A DNA stretch of 64,000 bases from Dehalococcoidia bacterium (lineage in GTDB: Bacteria > Chloroflexota > Dehalococcoidia > Lucifugimonadales > UBA3495). The stretch's first letter is position 1. Every line of letters starts with the position of its first letter. The notes below the pieces were generated by a model, which saw only the letters and a program-made list of their open reading frames with translations, did no database searches and was not told the origin of the DNA. The DNA lies in the NCBI GenBank assembly GCA_965217175.1, contig OZ244251.1, forward strand, positions 2,992,682-3,056,681, given 5' to 3'. The position numbers and the translations under genes are program-made. This document shows, in pieces, positions 36,999 to 45,443 of the stretch.

Positions 36999-37377
36999 AA
37001 GCAGCCGACGCGCCCGGGTTAGAGTCTAGCCTGCTATGGGGCTTGCCAGGATCATCCGCTCTCGCGTCTGCGTACAGGGTAACGGCTGTCGACGCGCCAC
37101 GGCATCGGGGGAGGCTCCTACGACGTCGCTTGGACCATATCCATTGCCGCCAGTCTCGCCGGAGTCGTCTTCATCCTGTTGCTGGAATCATCCTCCCGCG
37201 TCCTCGTCCCCAACTGGGAAGAATCCCTGCCTGGGGAGGGACAAACCTCGCCCGCGGCTTCGTGACCGCTGGTTTGGACGAAAAAAGCTGGTCCTAGTTA
37301 CCGGGCTTTCTACGGGGACAGTAGTGCGGTAGCTCGGGGCATGGTCGACCTCCCGGAATCGGAGGTTGCCGGTCGGA

Positions 37378-38715
37378 TTAACCCGAAACCCCCGCCGGTT
37401 CCCTCGGCGGCGCCGGGGTCGGAGCCTGTGGCGGTTTGGCCGCCAGTACCATGATTCCCGCCATGAACACTGCCACGGCGAAAAACGTAAACGGAATCTG
37501 GTAGCTGTCGGAATAGTCGAACATGAACCCGGCGATTACCGGCCCCAGCGCCTGCCCGCCCACCTGCACCGACATCGTCAGCCCCCGGATTGTCCCCAGA
37601 TTCTGCCGCCCGTAGTAGTCCGCCCACACCAGCCGTATCAGCAGCGTCAGACCCCCCACGCCGAACCCGACCCCCGCCGCCGAGATTATCTCCGGCAGCA
37701 GCCAGTCGCTCATCACCGTCCCCGCCGCGGCCAGCGCCACCACGAACGCCGCTCCCATCATCAGGAATCGGATGGGCACCCTCCGAGCCAGGCCCGCCCA
37801 GAAGAGGCTAGCCGGCATTTGGGCCAGGGCGGATGTGCTCGCGCTCATCGCGGCGAACGGCGGGTCAACTCCCTGGCTGATGTAGTGGGAGACCTGGTGC
37901 AGGCTCAACCCCGCCTGGACCATCATCCCGGCACCGGAAAAGATCGCCAGGATCCAGAACGCCCGCGTTCGCAGCGCCTGCCCCACTGTGAAGTTGATCT
38001 CGGCGAAGCCACCCGAGTTGACGGAACCTTTGGCAGCCTGCGAATCCTGGTTTGCTGAATCTTCCCGCGTCGGTACCGGGTCAGGTTCCAGCCCCATGTC
38101 CTCCGGTCGCCGTGCCACCAGCAACAGGCACGGGACAACCCCCAGCGCAAATGATAGAACCCCCAGGGTGACCCACGCAGTTCGCCAGTCAAACCCGGTG
38201 ATGATAAGCTGCATCGCCAAGGGCACGATGACGAGGCCAGCCCCCTTGCCGATTTGGTCCACGGCCAGCCCCATCGGACGCCTCCGGATGAACCAGTTGC
38301 TGATGGCCGTGGGCAGCCCCATCTCCATCGGACCGGAGAAGATCATCCGCCCCGGAACGCACAAAAAATAGAAGGCCAACGGATGGGTAACGAAGGCCAG
38401 CCCAATCGCCAGCGCCCCCGTGGCAAATGAACCCATCCCAAGGATGACTCCCGCCCCGTACTTGTCCAGCCATCTCCCCACTAAGGGCGAAACGAAGACC
38501 GCGACCAGCCCTGCCAGGCTTACCGCCCCGGAGAACATCCCCACCGACCAACCCATGGATTGGGTCATTGGAACAACGAACACGGAAAGGGTCGCCACCG
38601 CCATCACGGTCCGGGTGGACAGGCTCACCGCCACCCCGTTCCCTGCGATTACCCAGCCGTAGTAGAACGGCAGGGCGTGGGCCAGCCTCGTCCGCCAGAT
38701 GGTAACGTTGGTCAT
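37378..38715 (-). CDS. MFS transporter (oxalate/formate-antiporter-like)
   Basis: 445-aa polytopic ORF. ATGA overlap with the stop of the upstream ACAD-like pseudogene. Confidence 0.85.
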   Translation of the reverse strand: MTNVTIWRTRLAHALPFYYGWVIAGNGVAVSLSTRTVMAVATLSVFVVPMTQSMGWSVGMFSGAVSLAGLVAVFVSPLVGRWLDKYGAGVILGMGSFATGALAIGLAFVTHPLAFYFLCVPGRMIFSGPMEMGLPTAISNWFIRRRPMGLAVDQIGKGAGLVIVPLAMQLIITGFDWRTAWVTLGVLSFALGVVPCLLLVARRPEDMGLEPDPVPTREDSANQDSQAAKGSVNSGGFAEINFTVGQALRTRAFWILAIFSGAGMMVQAGLSLHQVSHYISQGVDPPFAAMSASTSALAQMPASLFWAGLARRVPIRFLMMGAAFVVALAAAGTVMSDWLLPEIISAAGVGFGVGGLTLLIRLVWADYYGRQNLGTIRGLTMSVQVGGQALGPVIAGFMFDYSDSYQIPFTFFAVAVFMAGIMVLAAKPPQAPTPAPPREPAGVSG

Positions 38716-39640
38716 TGCTCGACCCCGAAAGCTGGCCGTTGCATACCAGTGCGACGCATGGCGGGGCCGGTCCCACGCCAGCGATACGTGGGGGGACGCG
38801 GCATGAACGTCCCGGTGGAACCGCTGCAGCGGATGGGCTCGAACAGGTCCTTTCTGCCGGATGACTCGAACACCCGGTCAATGGCTTGAACGCTCAGCCT
38901 GGCGATGTAGGACTGGTCTCTGCCGTAACGCGCCCTTTCCTCCAGCGTGAACGACTGGCTGTCCCTGGCCTTTCCGAAAATCTCCGCGCAATTGTGCTTC
39001 AACAATGCCTGTGCGGCCCGCAGCTCCGCGTCCGCCTCGGCCAACCTCAGCTGCAGCCCCACCGACTCGGCGAACTTCCCTCCCGTGCGCCCCGACACCC
39101 GCCCCTGGATAGTCTCCGAAAACACATCCAACCCACCCTGAGCCATTCCCAGCACTGACGCCGATAGAGCGAAGGACAAAATGCTCCGCATGGGAATGCG
39201 GTAGTTGGGAGCGCCGTGGATTGCTCGGCCGGGGGTGCAGCCTTCCCTCACATCGTTCATCGACACCGCTCGGTGGTGTGGCACGAACGCCCCGTCCACC
39301 ACGACGTCCTTGCTCCCCGACCCCCGCAGCCCGACCACGAACCAGGTATCGTCAATCCGGCAATCGGTGCTGGGCAGCATCAGCAGCACTGGCCCCTCCG
39401 GTGCGTTGCATATGAGCATGACCCGCGTTTCCGGATCGCACCCGCTGGAAAAGTCCCACCGTCCCGCAACCCGGTATCCCCTTCCGCCGCGTCGACCAGT
39501 CCGCCCGCCGGATTAAAGGATGTTGACGACAACGTGTCCGGTGACTCCGCCCAATACTCCTCTTGCGCATTCTCCGGGAACATCCCCCCAGCCAGTTGTG
39601 GCTGGACCAGATGGCGTAACAACACCATGAATATCATCCT
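38712..39640 (-). pseudogene. ACAD-fold flavoenzyme gene, 5'-truncated with several 1-nt frameshifts
   Basis: Pieces in three frames: GMFPENAQEEYWAESPD, GYRVAGRWDFSSGCD, DTWFVVGLRGSGSKDVVVDGAFVP, HPLQRFHRDVHAAS. Upper boundary approximate. Confidence 0.7.
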
Positions 39641-39827
39641 GCCAACTCCAGCGGTCTTGAAACTGTGCTCCGGAAGACAAGCTATCCGGAGTAGCGTGAA
39701 AATCACGGCTTTCGTTGAATGGCGGATCAGTGGCAATCAGATTGACGGTACTGCTGTTCATTCCGCGCAGGAAGTCAAGGTTGTCACCGTGGTACAGCGT
39801 GTGGTTGGCAAAATTGCGCTCTGCCAT
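39513..39827 (-). pseudogene. N-terminal fragment of a beta-class DNA methyltransferase (motif IV DPPF)
   Basis: MAERNFANHTLYHGDNLDFLRGMNSSTVNLIATDPPFNESRDFHATPDSLSSGAQFQDRWSWQDDIH (39827-39627). The frame then runs on into unrelated sequence. Confidence 0.75.
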
Positions 39828-40029
39828 CACAGGGCCTCTCTGTATTTTTACCTGTGATGTTACCATCAACAATTATCTATTGACCGACTTTGCCATAAAG
39901 TCGGCCATTTTTTGCGACCTGGAGCGGTTCCGGCCGCAACAGCAAGCACGGCGTTGGGACGGAACACCGTCGAAATAGCAGAGTTGCTAATGAAGTTTGC
40001 CATTTCCGATGGGAGAGTATGCGCAGCCG

Positions 40030-40413
40030 CTGGTTGCCCAATACCGGACGCCGGAACAGGTCCGACAAATCCTGACCGCCATGCACGCCGGTCGGGCTTG
40101 TTTGTTTACCCTCCTACTACGGCGCTCCGCGCTGCGCCAGGCGGAGGCGCTCGATCTGTAGTGGCGCGACCTTAACTTTCCCGCCACCCCGAAGACCATC
40201 AAGGCGGGGAAAGGCAAGAGGGGCCGCTACCGCGTGGTCTAGGCCCATCCAGAGTTGGGGGACGCGTTCCGGTCGGTGTCCAGGGGCCGGGCCGACGATA
40301 CGGTGTTCCAATTTTCTGCCAGGGCCTCGGCCAAGTGGATCCCGCAGGGGATAGCGGCGGTGGGCATGGTGACGGTCGCCACCGGAACCGGCGCCTCACC
40401 GTGCCCGGGATAG
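40030..40413 (+). pseudogene. tyrosine recombinase remnant with two in-frame TAG codons, C-terminally truncated
   Basis: Own translation: ...TPEQVRQILTAMHAGRACLFTLLLRRSALRQAEALDL*WRDLNFPATPKTIKAGKGKRGRYRVV*AHPELGDAF... Confidence 0.6.
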
Positions 40414-40678
40414 GCGAACACCTGAATAGCGAGGTTGCCCGCCTGCGTTGTCCGCCTTTCAGGGCCAACCTTTGCCGCGTTCAGTAATCTAGCACGCTCG
40501 GCTGAGGAATAGCGCCGGAAATGGCGTAACCACCAAAACATCAGGCGCGTGGATTATGGGTGCAGCCCTCTCTCTGACCTGGGGTTGAATGACGTCGACC
40601 GCTGTAGATTTGGGCCGGTTCCTGCGGTTGAGGTAACCAAGCGGTAACCAAATCAGGGCTTATGGCAGCGACAAATCC

Positions 40679-40700
40679 AAAAACCCCGAACGAATCGGGG
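40679..40700 (-). terminator. terminator-like hairpin downstream of tRNA-Leu
   Basis: The minus strand reads CCCCGA-TTCGT-TCGGGG followed by TTTTT. Confidence 0.4.
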
Positions 40701-40815
40701 ATTACGGAATGAAAAGGTGCCGGGGGAGGGAATAGACCCCGTGTAGCATGATTGTGGCAAACAACGCGAAAATGCCCAGATTTCGGGGCGATTCACCCAT
40801 GCAACCTATACTGAG

Positions 40816-40899
40816 TGCCGAAGGTCAGATTCGAACTGACACGGGATATTCTCCCACCGGTTTTTGAGACCGGCGCGTCTACCATTCCGCCACTTCGGC
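40816..40899 (-). tRNA. tRNA-Leu (anticodon CAA), type II with long variable arm; CCA not encoded
   Basis: Folded by hand. Acceptor GCCGAAG/CTTCGGC, D arm GCG-GAATGGTAGA-CGC, anticodon arm CCGGT-CTCAAAA-ACCGG, variable arm TGGGAGAATATCCCGT, T arm GTCAG-TTCGAAT-CTGAC, discriminator A. Confidence 0.9.
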
Positions 40900-41021
40900 C
40901 AGCTCGAAAATTATAGCACGGTTGCTTTGCAGGCACCGTCGTTGTAGCATGGTTTGACCGGTTGGTCACTCGCGAATCCCACCACGGCGGGAAGGCCGGC
41001 ACAGGCGACGGCGGTGCGATT

Positions 41022-41474
41022 ATGAGCATAAAAGAACGGTTGGAAGAGGATATTCGCAACGCGATGCGCTCGCGCGATCAGGACCGATTGGATGCCCTGC
41101 GGTTCCTGAAGAGTCAGATCCAGTTGATCGAGAAGAACGCTCTAAAGGAACTGGATGAACCCGGTGTGGTTGAGGTGGTGGCCAAACAGGCCAAGGATCG
41201 GCGAGAAAGCATCCAGATGTTTGGCGATGGCGGGCGCGACGATCTGGTGGTGAAGGAGCGGGCGGCCCTGGCAGTGATGCTGGAGTATCTGCCGGAGCAA
41301 TTCAGCATCGAGAAACTGGAGGATCTGGCCCGCCAGGCGATCGCAGATGTTGGCGCCACCGGAGCTTCGGACCGCGGCAAGGTGATGGGCAGGATCATGC
41401 CACAGGTACGGGGCAAGGCCGATGGCAGCGAAGTCAACGCGGTCGTTTCGCGCCTGCTGGAATCACTCGGCTGA
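41022..41474 (+). CDS. GatB/YqeY domain protein
   Basis: ATG at 41022. [33 protein letters not shown]...[24 protein letters not shown]. Confidence 0.85.
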   Translation: MSIKERLEEDIRNAMRSRDQDRLDALRFLKSQIQLIEKNALKELDEPGVVEVVAKQAKDRRESIQMFGDGGRDDLVVKERAALAVMLEYLPEQFSIEKLEDLARQAIADVGATGASDRGKVMGRIMPQVRGKADGSEVNAVVSRLLESLG

Positions 41475-41482
41475 CAAACGCC

Positions 41483-42178
41483 ATGCGCTTTGGCATCCTA
41501 GTCTTTCCAGGCACCTGGAGCGAAACCGATTGTCACCACGCAGTGAACGGCACGCTGGGACAGGAAGCCGATTATATCTGGCACAAGGATGACAATCTTG
41601 CCGGGTACGATGCAATCATAGTACCCGGTGGTTTTTCCTACGGGGATTACCTTAGAGCTGGAGCCATCGCCAGATTTTCGCCAGTTATGGGCGCCGTCCG
41701 GCAGTTTGCAGAATCGGGTGGACTGGTAATCGGCATCTGCAACGGTTTTCAGATATTGTGCGAGGCCGGCTTGCTGCCGGGCGCATTGAGACGCAACGAA
41801 CACCTGCAATACCGTTGCCAATGGACTCACTTACAGACAGCGCGGAACGACACGCCATTCACGAGCCGGTGCGGTGCACGTCAGGTTTTGGCGGTGCCCG
41901 TGTCCCACGGCGAGGGCAACTATTTCGCTGATCAGGCAACACTGGAGCAGCTGGAGGAAGAAGGGCGAGTGTTGTTTCGCTACTGCGATTCCAATGGCGT
42001 GGTGTCTCCGGACGCCAATCCAAATGGGTCAATCGCCAACATAGCGGGCGTCGTGAATCGGGAAGGAAACGTGCTGGGCATGATGCCTCACCCCGAACGC
42101 AGTTGCGACCTATTGCTGGGTTCGGATGATGGAAACCTGATATTTGGGTCCATGATCGATTTCTTCAGTCATCGGTAG
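41483..42178 (+). CDS. purQ: phosphoribosylformylglycinamidine synthase, glutaminase subunit
   Basis: [26 protein letters not shown] (nucleophile Cys), HGEGNYF, MPHPER. Confidence 0.9.
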   Translation: MRFGILVFPGTWSETDCHHAVNGTLGQEADYIWHKDDNLAGYDAIIVPGGFSYGDYLRAGAIARFSPVMGAVRQFAESGGLVIGICNGFQILCEAGLLPGALRRNEHLQYRCQWTHLQTARNDTPFTSRCGARQVLAVPVSHGEGNYFADQATLEQLEEEGRVLFRYCDSNGVVSPDANPNGSIANIAGVVNREGNVLGMMPHPERSCDLLLGSDDGNLIFGSMIDFFSHR

Positions 42179-42180
42179 CG

Positions 42181-43095
42181 ATGTCATTATCCATCGCCCT
42201 GGCGTTGATCTCGGTGTTGGGATTTGGCAGCGCCGCCATCTTTGCACGGCTGGGGATGCAAACCATGCGTCCGATGCCAGGGACGCTGATCTCGCTGGTA
42301 GCGTCTACGCTGCTGGCTGGATCGCTGGCGGTAGCGTTTTCCTGGAACGACATTACGCTCCTGCCGGCGATAGCCATGGTATGGCTGTTGGGGAACGGGA
42401 TTCTCACCTACATGGGAGGCCGTACACAGCAATACATCGCCATCAACCTGATTGGAGCTGCCCGAGTTACGCCGATCACTGGCAGCGCTGCACTCTTCTC
42501 GGCGATGTTCGCGATTGTGTTCACAAGGATCGGTGTGCCCGGATTCAACGAACACCTCACCGTGTTGATCGGAATCGGAACGGTTGTGGTGGTGTTTGGT
42601 CTGGCACTTACCGGAGGAAACTTTTTGAGGCACAGTTGGGGCCGTGACTGGAAGTCCGTGATCGGTTATGGCCTGGCGCTGGCGTCAGCGGCCTGCTACG
42701 GGGCTTCGACCATCAGCGGCCGGGTGCTCAGCAATTTGTTCGGGTCGCCGTTGATCATGGCAGCCGGCAGCATGATGTTCGCCATGCTGATTCTGTCGCC
42801 GTGGTTTGGGAAGCAGGCGGTCGAAGGAGTGGCGAGTTCCGGGCGGGGCTCAATCTATATGTTCATGGCCGGCCTGTCGGCGGCGTGTGCCGTAATGGCG
42901 CTATATTTTTCCATCACACGCGAGGGCTCCAGCGTGCTGGTCATCAGCCCCATCGTGTCGTGCAACCCGCTGGTAACCTTGATTGTGGCGCGCCTTTTCT
43001 TACGGCGCAGCGAAAACGTTACACGGGAGTTGGCAATCGGTACACTGATGGCAGTCGGCGGTGTGGCATTGGTAGTGATTGGGGCAACTCTGTAG
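42181..43095 (+). CDS. EamA/DMT-family transporter
   Basis: 304-aa ORF with a 10-TM-like pattern and two EamA-like halves. Confidence 0.8.
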   Translation: MSLSIALALISVLGFGSAAIFARLGMQTMRPMPGTLISLVASTLLAGSLAVAFSWNDITLLPAIAMVWLLGNGILTYMGGRTQQYIAINLIGAARVTPITGSAALFSAMFAIVFTRIGVPGFNEHLTVLIGIGTVVVVFGLALTGGNFLRHSWGRDWKSVIGYGLALASAACYGASTISGRVLSNLFGSPLIMAAGSMMFAMLILSPWFGKQAVEGVASSGRGSIYMFMAGLSAACAVMALYFSITREGSSVLVISPIVSCNPLVTLIVARLFLRRSENVTRELAIGTLMAVGGVALVVIGATL

Positions 43096-43157
43096 CTTTT
43101 TATTCCCTGGTGCAATCAGACAAACAGCCCGCATATCAGGTGGTGTGAGAAAAGCAA

Positions 43158-45401
43158 ATGGCAGTGACCAAAGAAATCCTTGACGAAATCGCACTGTCTC
43201 CAGCCGAATACGAAATGATTGTGGATCTGCTGGACCGGGAACCAAATTCTGTGGAATTGGGCCTGTTTGGAGCCCTTTGGAGCGAACACTGCGGTTACAA
43301 ACACTCGCGGCCGCTGCTTGGAATGCTGCCCAGCACGTCGGCACGCACGCTTTCGGCATCGGGCGCCGAGAATGCAGGCGCGGTGGATATCGGCGACGGT
43401 TTGGCGGTGGTGTTCAAGGTAGAGTCGCACAACCATCCCTCAGCGGTGGAGCCCTTGCAGGGCGCAGCCACCGGTGTGGGAGGCATCGTCAGGGACATTC
43501 TGGCGATGGGGGCGCGACCAATGGCTCTTTTGAATTCGCTGCGATTTGGTCCACCTGACATAGCATCGAACCGCCGGTTGCTGCGGGGCGTGGTTGACGG
43601 CATCGGCTGGTACGGCAACTGTATCGGAGTGCCCGATGTGGCTGGTGAAGTCTGTTTCGATCCATCGTATTCGCAAAACCCTCTCGTGAACGCAATGTGC
43701 GTGGGGATCGCCCCAGCTAACCGGCTAGCGAGCGCCGCCGCCGACCGAACCGGTGATGTTCTGCTGCTCGTCGGGGCCGGCACGGGACGGGACGGAATTC
43801 ACGGGGCATCCGGACTGGCATCGCGCACGTTTGAAGAAGACCAGGAGCTCAGACCCACCGTGCAGGTTGGTAATCCGTTCTTGGAGAAAGTGCTGATCGA
43901 GGCGTGTCTGGAAGCGCTGGCTACCGGTAAGGTTCACGCGCTGCAAGATCTGGGAGCAGCGGGCTTGACCAGCGCCGCCGTGGAATCCGCTGCCCGGGGA
44001 AATCGCGGTGTTGCACTGGATATCAGCAGGGTGCACCGTCGCGAAGGGGGCATGTCCGGGTACGAAGTGATGCTGTCCGAGTCTCAGGAACGGATGCTGC
44101 TGGCCATCGCGCCGGAAGACGTGGATGAAGTTGGAAAAGTTTTTGACAAGTGGGACGTGGAGCGCCACGTGGTGGGCGTGATTACCGATGAGAAGGTGGT
44201 GCAAGTCTCAGATGGCGGCGAAACCCTGGCTTCGGTTCCCATTGACCATCTGGCGAACGCCCCAAGATACCGCCTCCATGGATCGCTTTCGTCTGAGGCG
44301 CTGGAGCGGCGCCGGCTCAGGTTGGCGGACGTTGCAATGCCACGGGCCGCGGGGCCAACGTTGCTGCAATTGTTGGCGGCGCCCAACGTGGCCAGTCGTC
44401 GTGGGATTTACCGCCAGTACGACCATCAGGTGCAAACGAACACAGTAGTTGGTCCGGGCGCCGGCGACGCTGCCGTCCTGCACATCAAGGGGACGGAAAG
44501 GGCGATCGCGGTGGCCATCGACGGGAACAGTCGATATTGTTACCTTGATCCGTACCGAGGCGGGCAAATGGCGGTGGCGGAGGTTACGCGAAACCTGTCG
44601 TGTACCGGCGCTCAACCCCTGGCCTTAACCGATTGCCTTAACTTTGGAAATCCGGAGCGACCCGATGTGTACTACCAGCTGGAGCAGTGCATACGAGGAA
44701 TGGCGAGGGCGTGCCGAGTCCTGGAGGTTCCGGTAGTTAGCGGCAACGTCAGTCTTTACAACGAAAGCCTCGGTACGGCGATTTACCCCACTCCGGTAAT
44801 TGGAGGTCTGGGTCTGCTGGACAACGTCCGGCGCCATGCCCGGGCGGGGTTCCCGTTGGATGGACTAATGGTTGTGCTGTTGGGCACGAACCGGCTGACG
44901 GCCCGCGCAGCAGACCTGGCGGGGAGTGAGTATCTGAATGCCGTCCACGGCATGGTGCGGGGAAGGCCGCGCGTTGACCTAACGTTGGAGAAGCGCGTCC
45001 AGCAACTTTGTCGTGACCTGATATCCCAGGGTGTTGCGCTTTCGGCTCACGATTGTTCGGAGGGCGGGCTGGCGGTGGCGCTGGCTGAATCTGCGATTCT
45101 GGGTGGCGGCAGTAGCGGCCGGGAAGGTGGGATCGGATTCACCGGGCGTCGGGATTTTGTGGAGGCGATTCCACGGCGTTGGGACGCGGCCCTGTTCGGT
45201 GAAGCGGCATCCCGCATCGTGATTTCCGCGCGTGGGGCAGACCTGCCCAACATAATGGAAGCAGCAGCGGCTTCGGATGTCCCGGTTATGACACTGGGTG
45301 AAACCGGGGGTGCAAGATTCGAGGTCGGTTCGCTGATCGATTTGTCAGTGACCGACCTCGCCGACGCCTGGAACGGTGGCCTGGCTGACGCGGTTACTTA
45401 G
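43158..45401 (+). CDS. purL: phosphoribosylformylglycinamidine synthase subunit II
   Basis: 747 aa. LFGALWSEHCGYKHSR, VESHNHPSAVEP, GGIVRDILAMGARP. Confidence 0.95.
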   Translation: MAVTKEILDEIALSPAEYEMIVDLLDREPNSVELGLFGALWSEHCGYKHSRPLLGMLPSTSARTLSASGAENAGAVDIGDGLAVVFKVESHNHPSAVEPLQGAATGVGGIVRDILAMGARPMALLNSLRFGPPDIASNRRLLRGVVDGIGWYGNCIGVPDVAGEVCFDPSYSQNPLVNAMCVGIAPANRLASAAADRTGDVLLLVGAGTGRDGIHGASGLASRTFEEDQELRPTVQVGNPFLEKVLIEACLEALATGKVHALQDLGAAGLTSAAVESAARGNRGVALDISRVHRREGGMSGYEVMLSESQERMLLAIAPEDVDEVGKVFDKWDVERHVVGVITDEKVVQVSDGGETLASVPIDHLANAPRYRLHGSLSSEALERRRLRLADVAMPRAAGPTLLQLLAAPNVASRRGIYRQYDHQVQTNTVVGPGAGDAAVLHIKGTERAIAVAIDGNSRYCYLDPYRGGQMAVAEVTRNLSCTGAQPLALTDCLNFGNPERPDVYYQLEQCIRGMARACRVLEVPVVSGNVSLYNESLGTAIYPTPVIGGLGLLDNVRRHARAGFPLDGLMVVLLGTNRLTARAADLAGSEYLNAVHGMVRGRPRVDLTLEKRVQQLCRDLISQGVALSAHDCSEGGLAVALAESAILGGGSSGREGGIGFTGRRDFVEAIPRRWDAALFGEAASRIVISARGADLPNIMEAAAASDVPVMTLGETGGARFEVGSLIDLSVTDLADAWNGGLADAVT

Positions 45402-45443
45402 CCGGCGCCATCCTCCTTCCGCATACGCTTGGCCCACGGCAGT

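Larger units (their letters stand above)
23235..40829. mobile_element. degraded integrative genomic island at tRNA-Leu(CAA), ~17.6 kb
   Basis: The 14-mer TGCCGAAGGTCAGA (15 nt counting the preceding G) occurs at 40816-40829 (tRNA 3' end) and, in direct orientation, at 23235-23248. The content between is integrases, IS elements, TA, HNH/MTase and phage-type regulators. Confidence 0.7.

Noticed and set aside
40751-40761. ATTGTGGCAAA near the tRNA as a partner of the TTGTGCCAA arm repeats at 23356-84
   Set aside because: Single imperfect copy. The similarity is too short to distinguish from chance.
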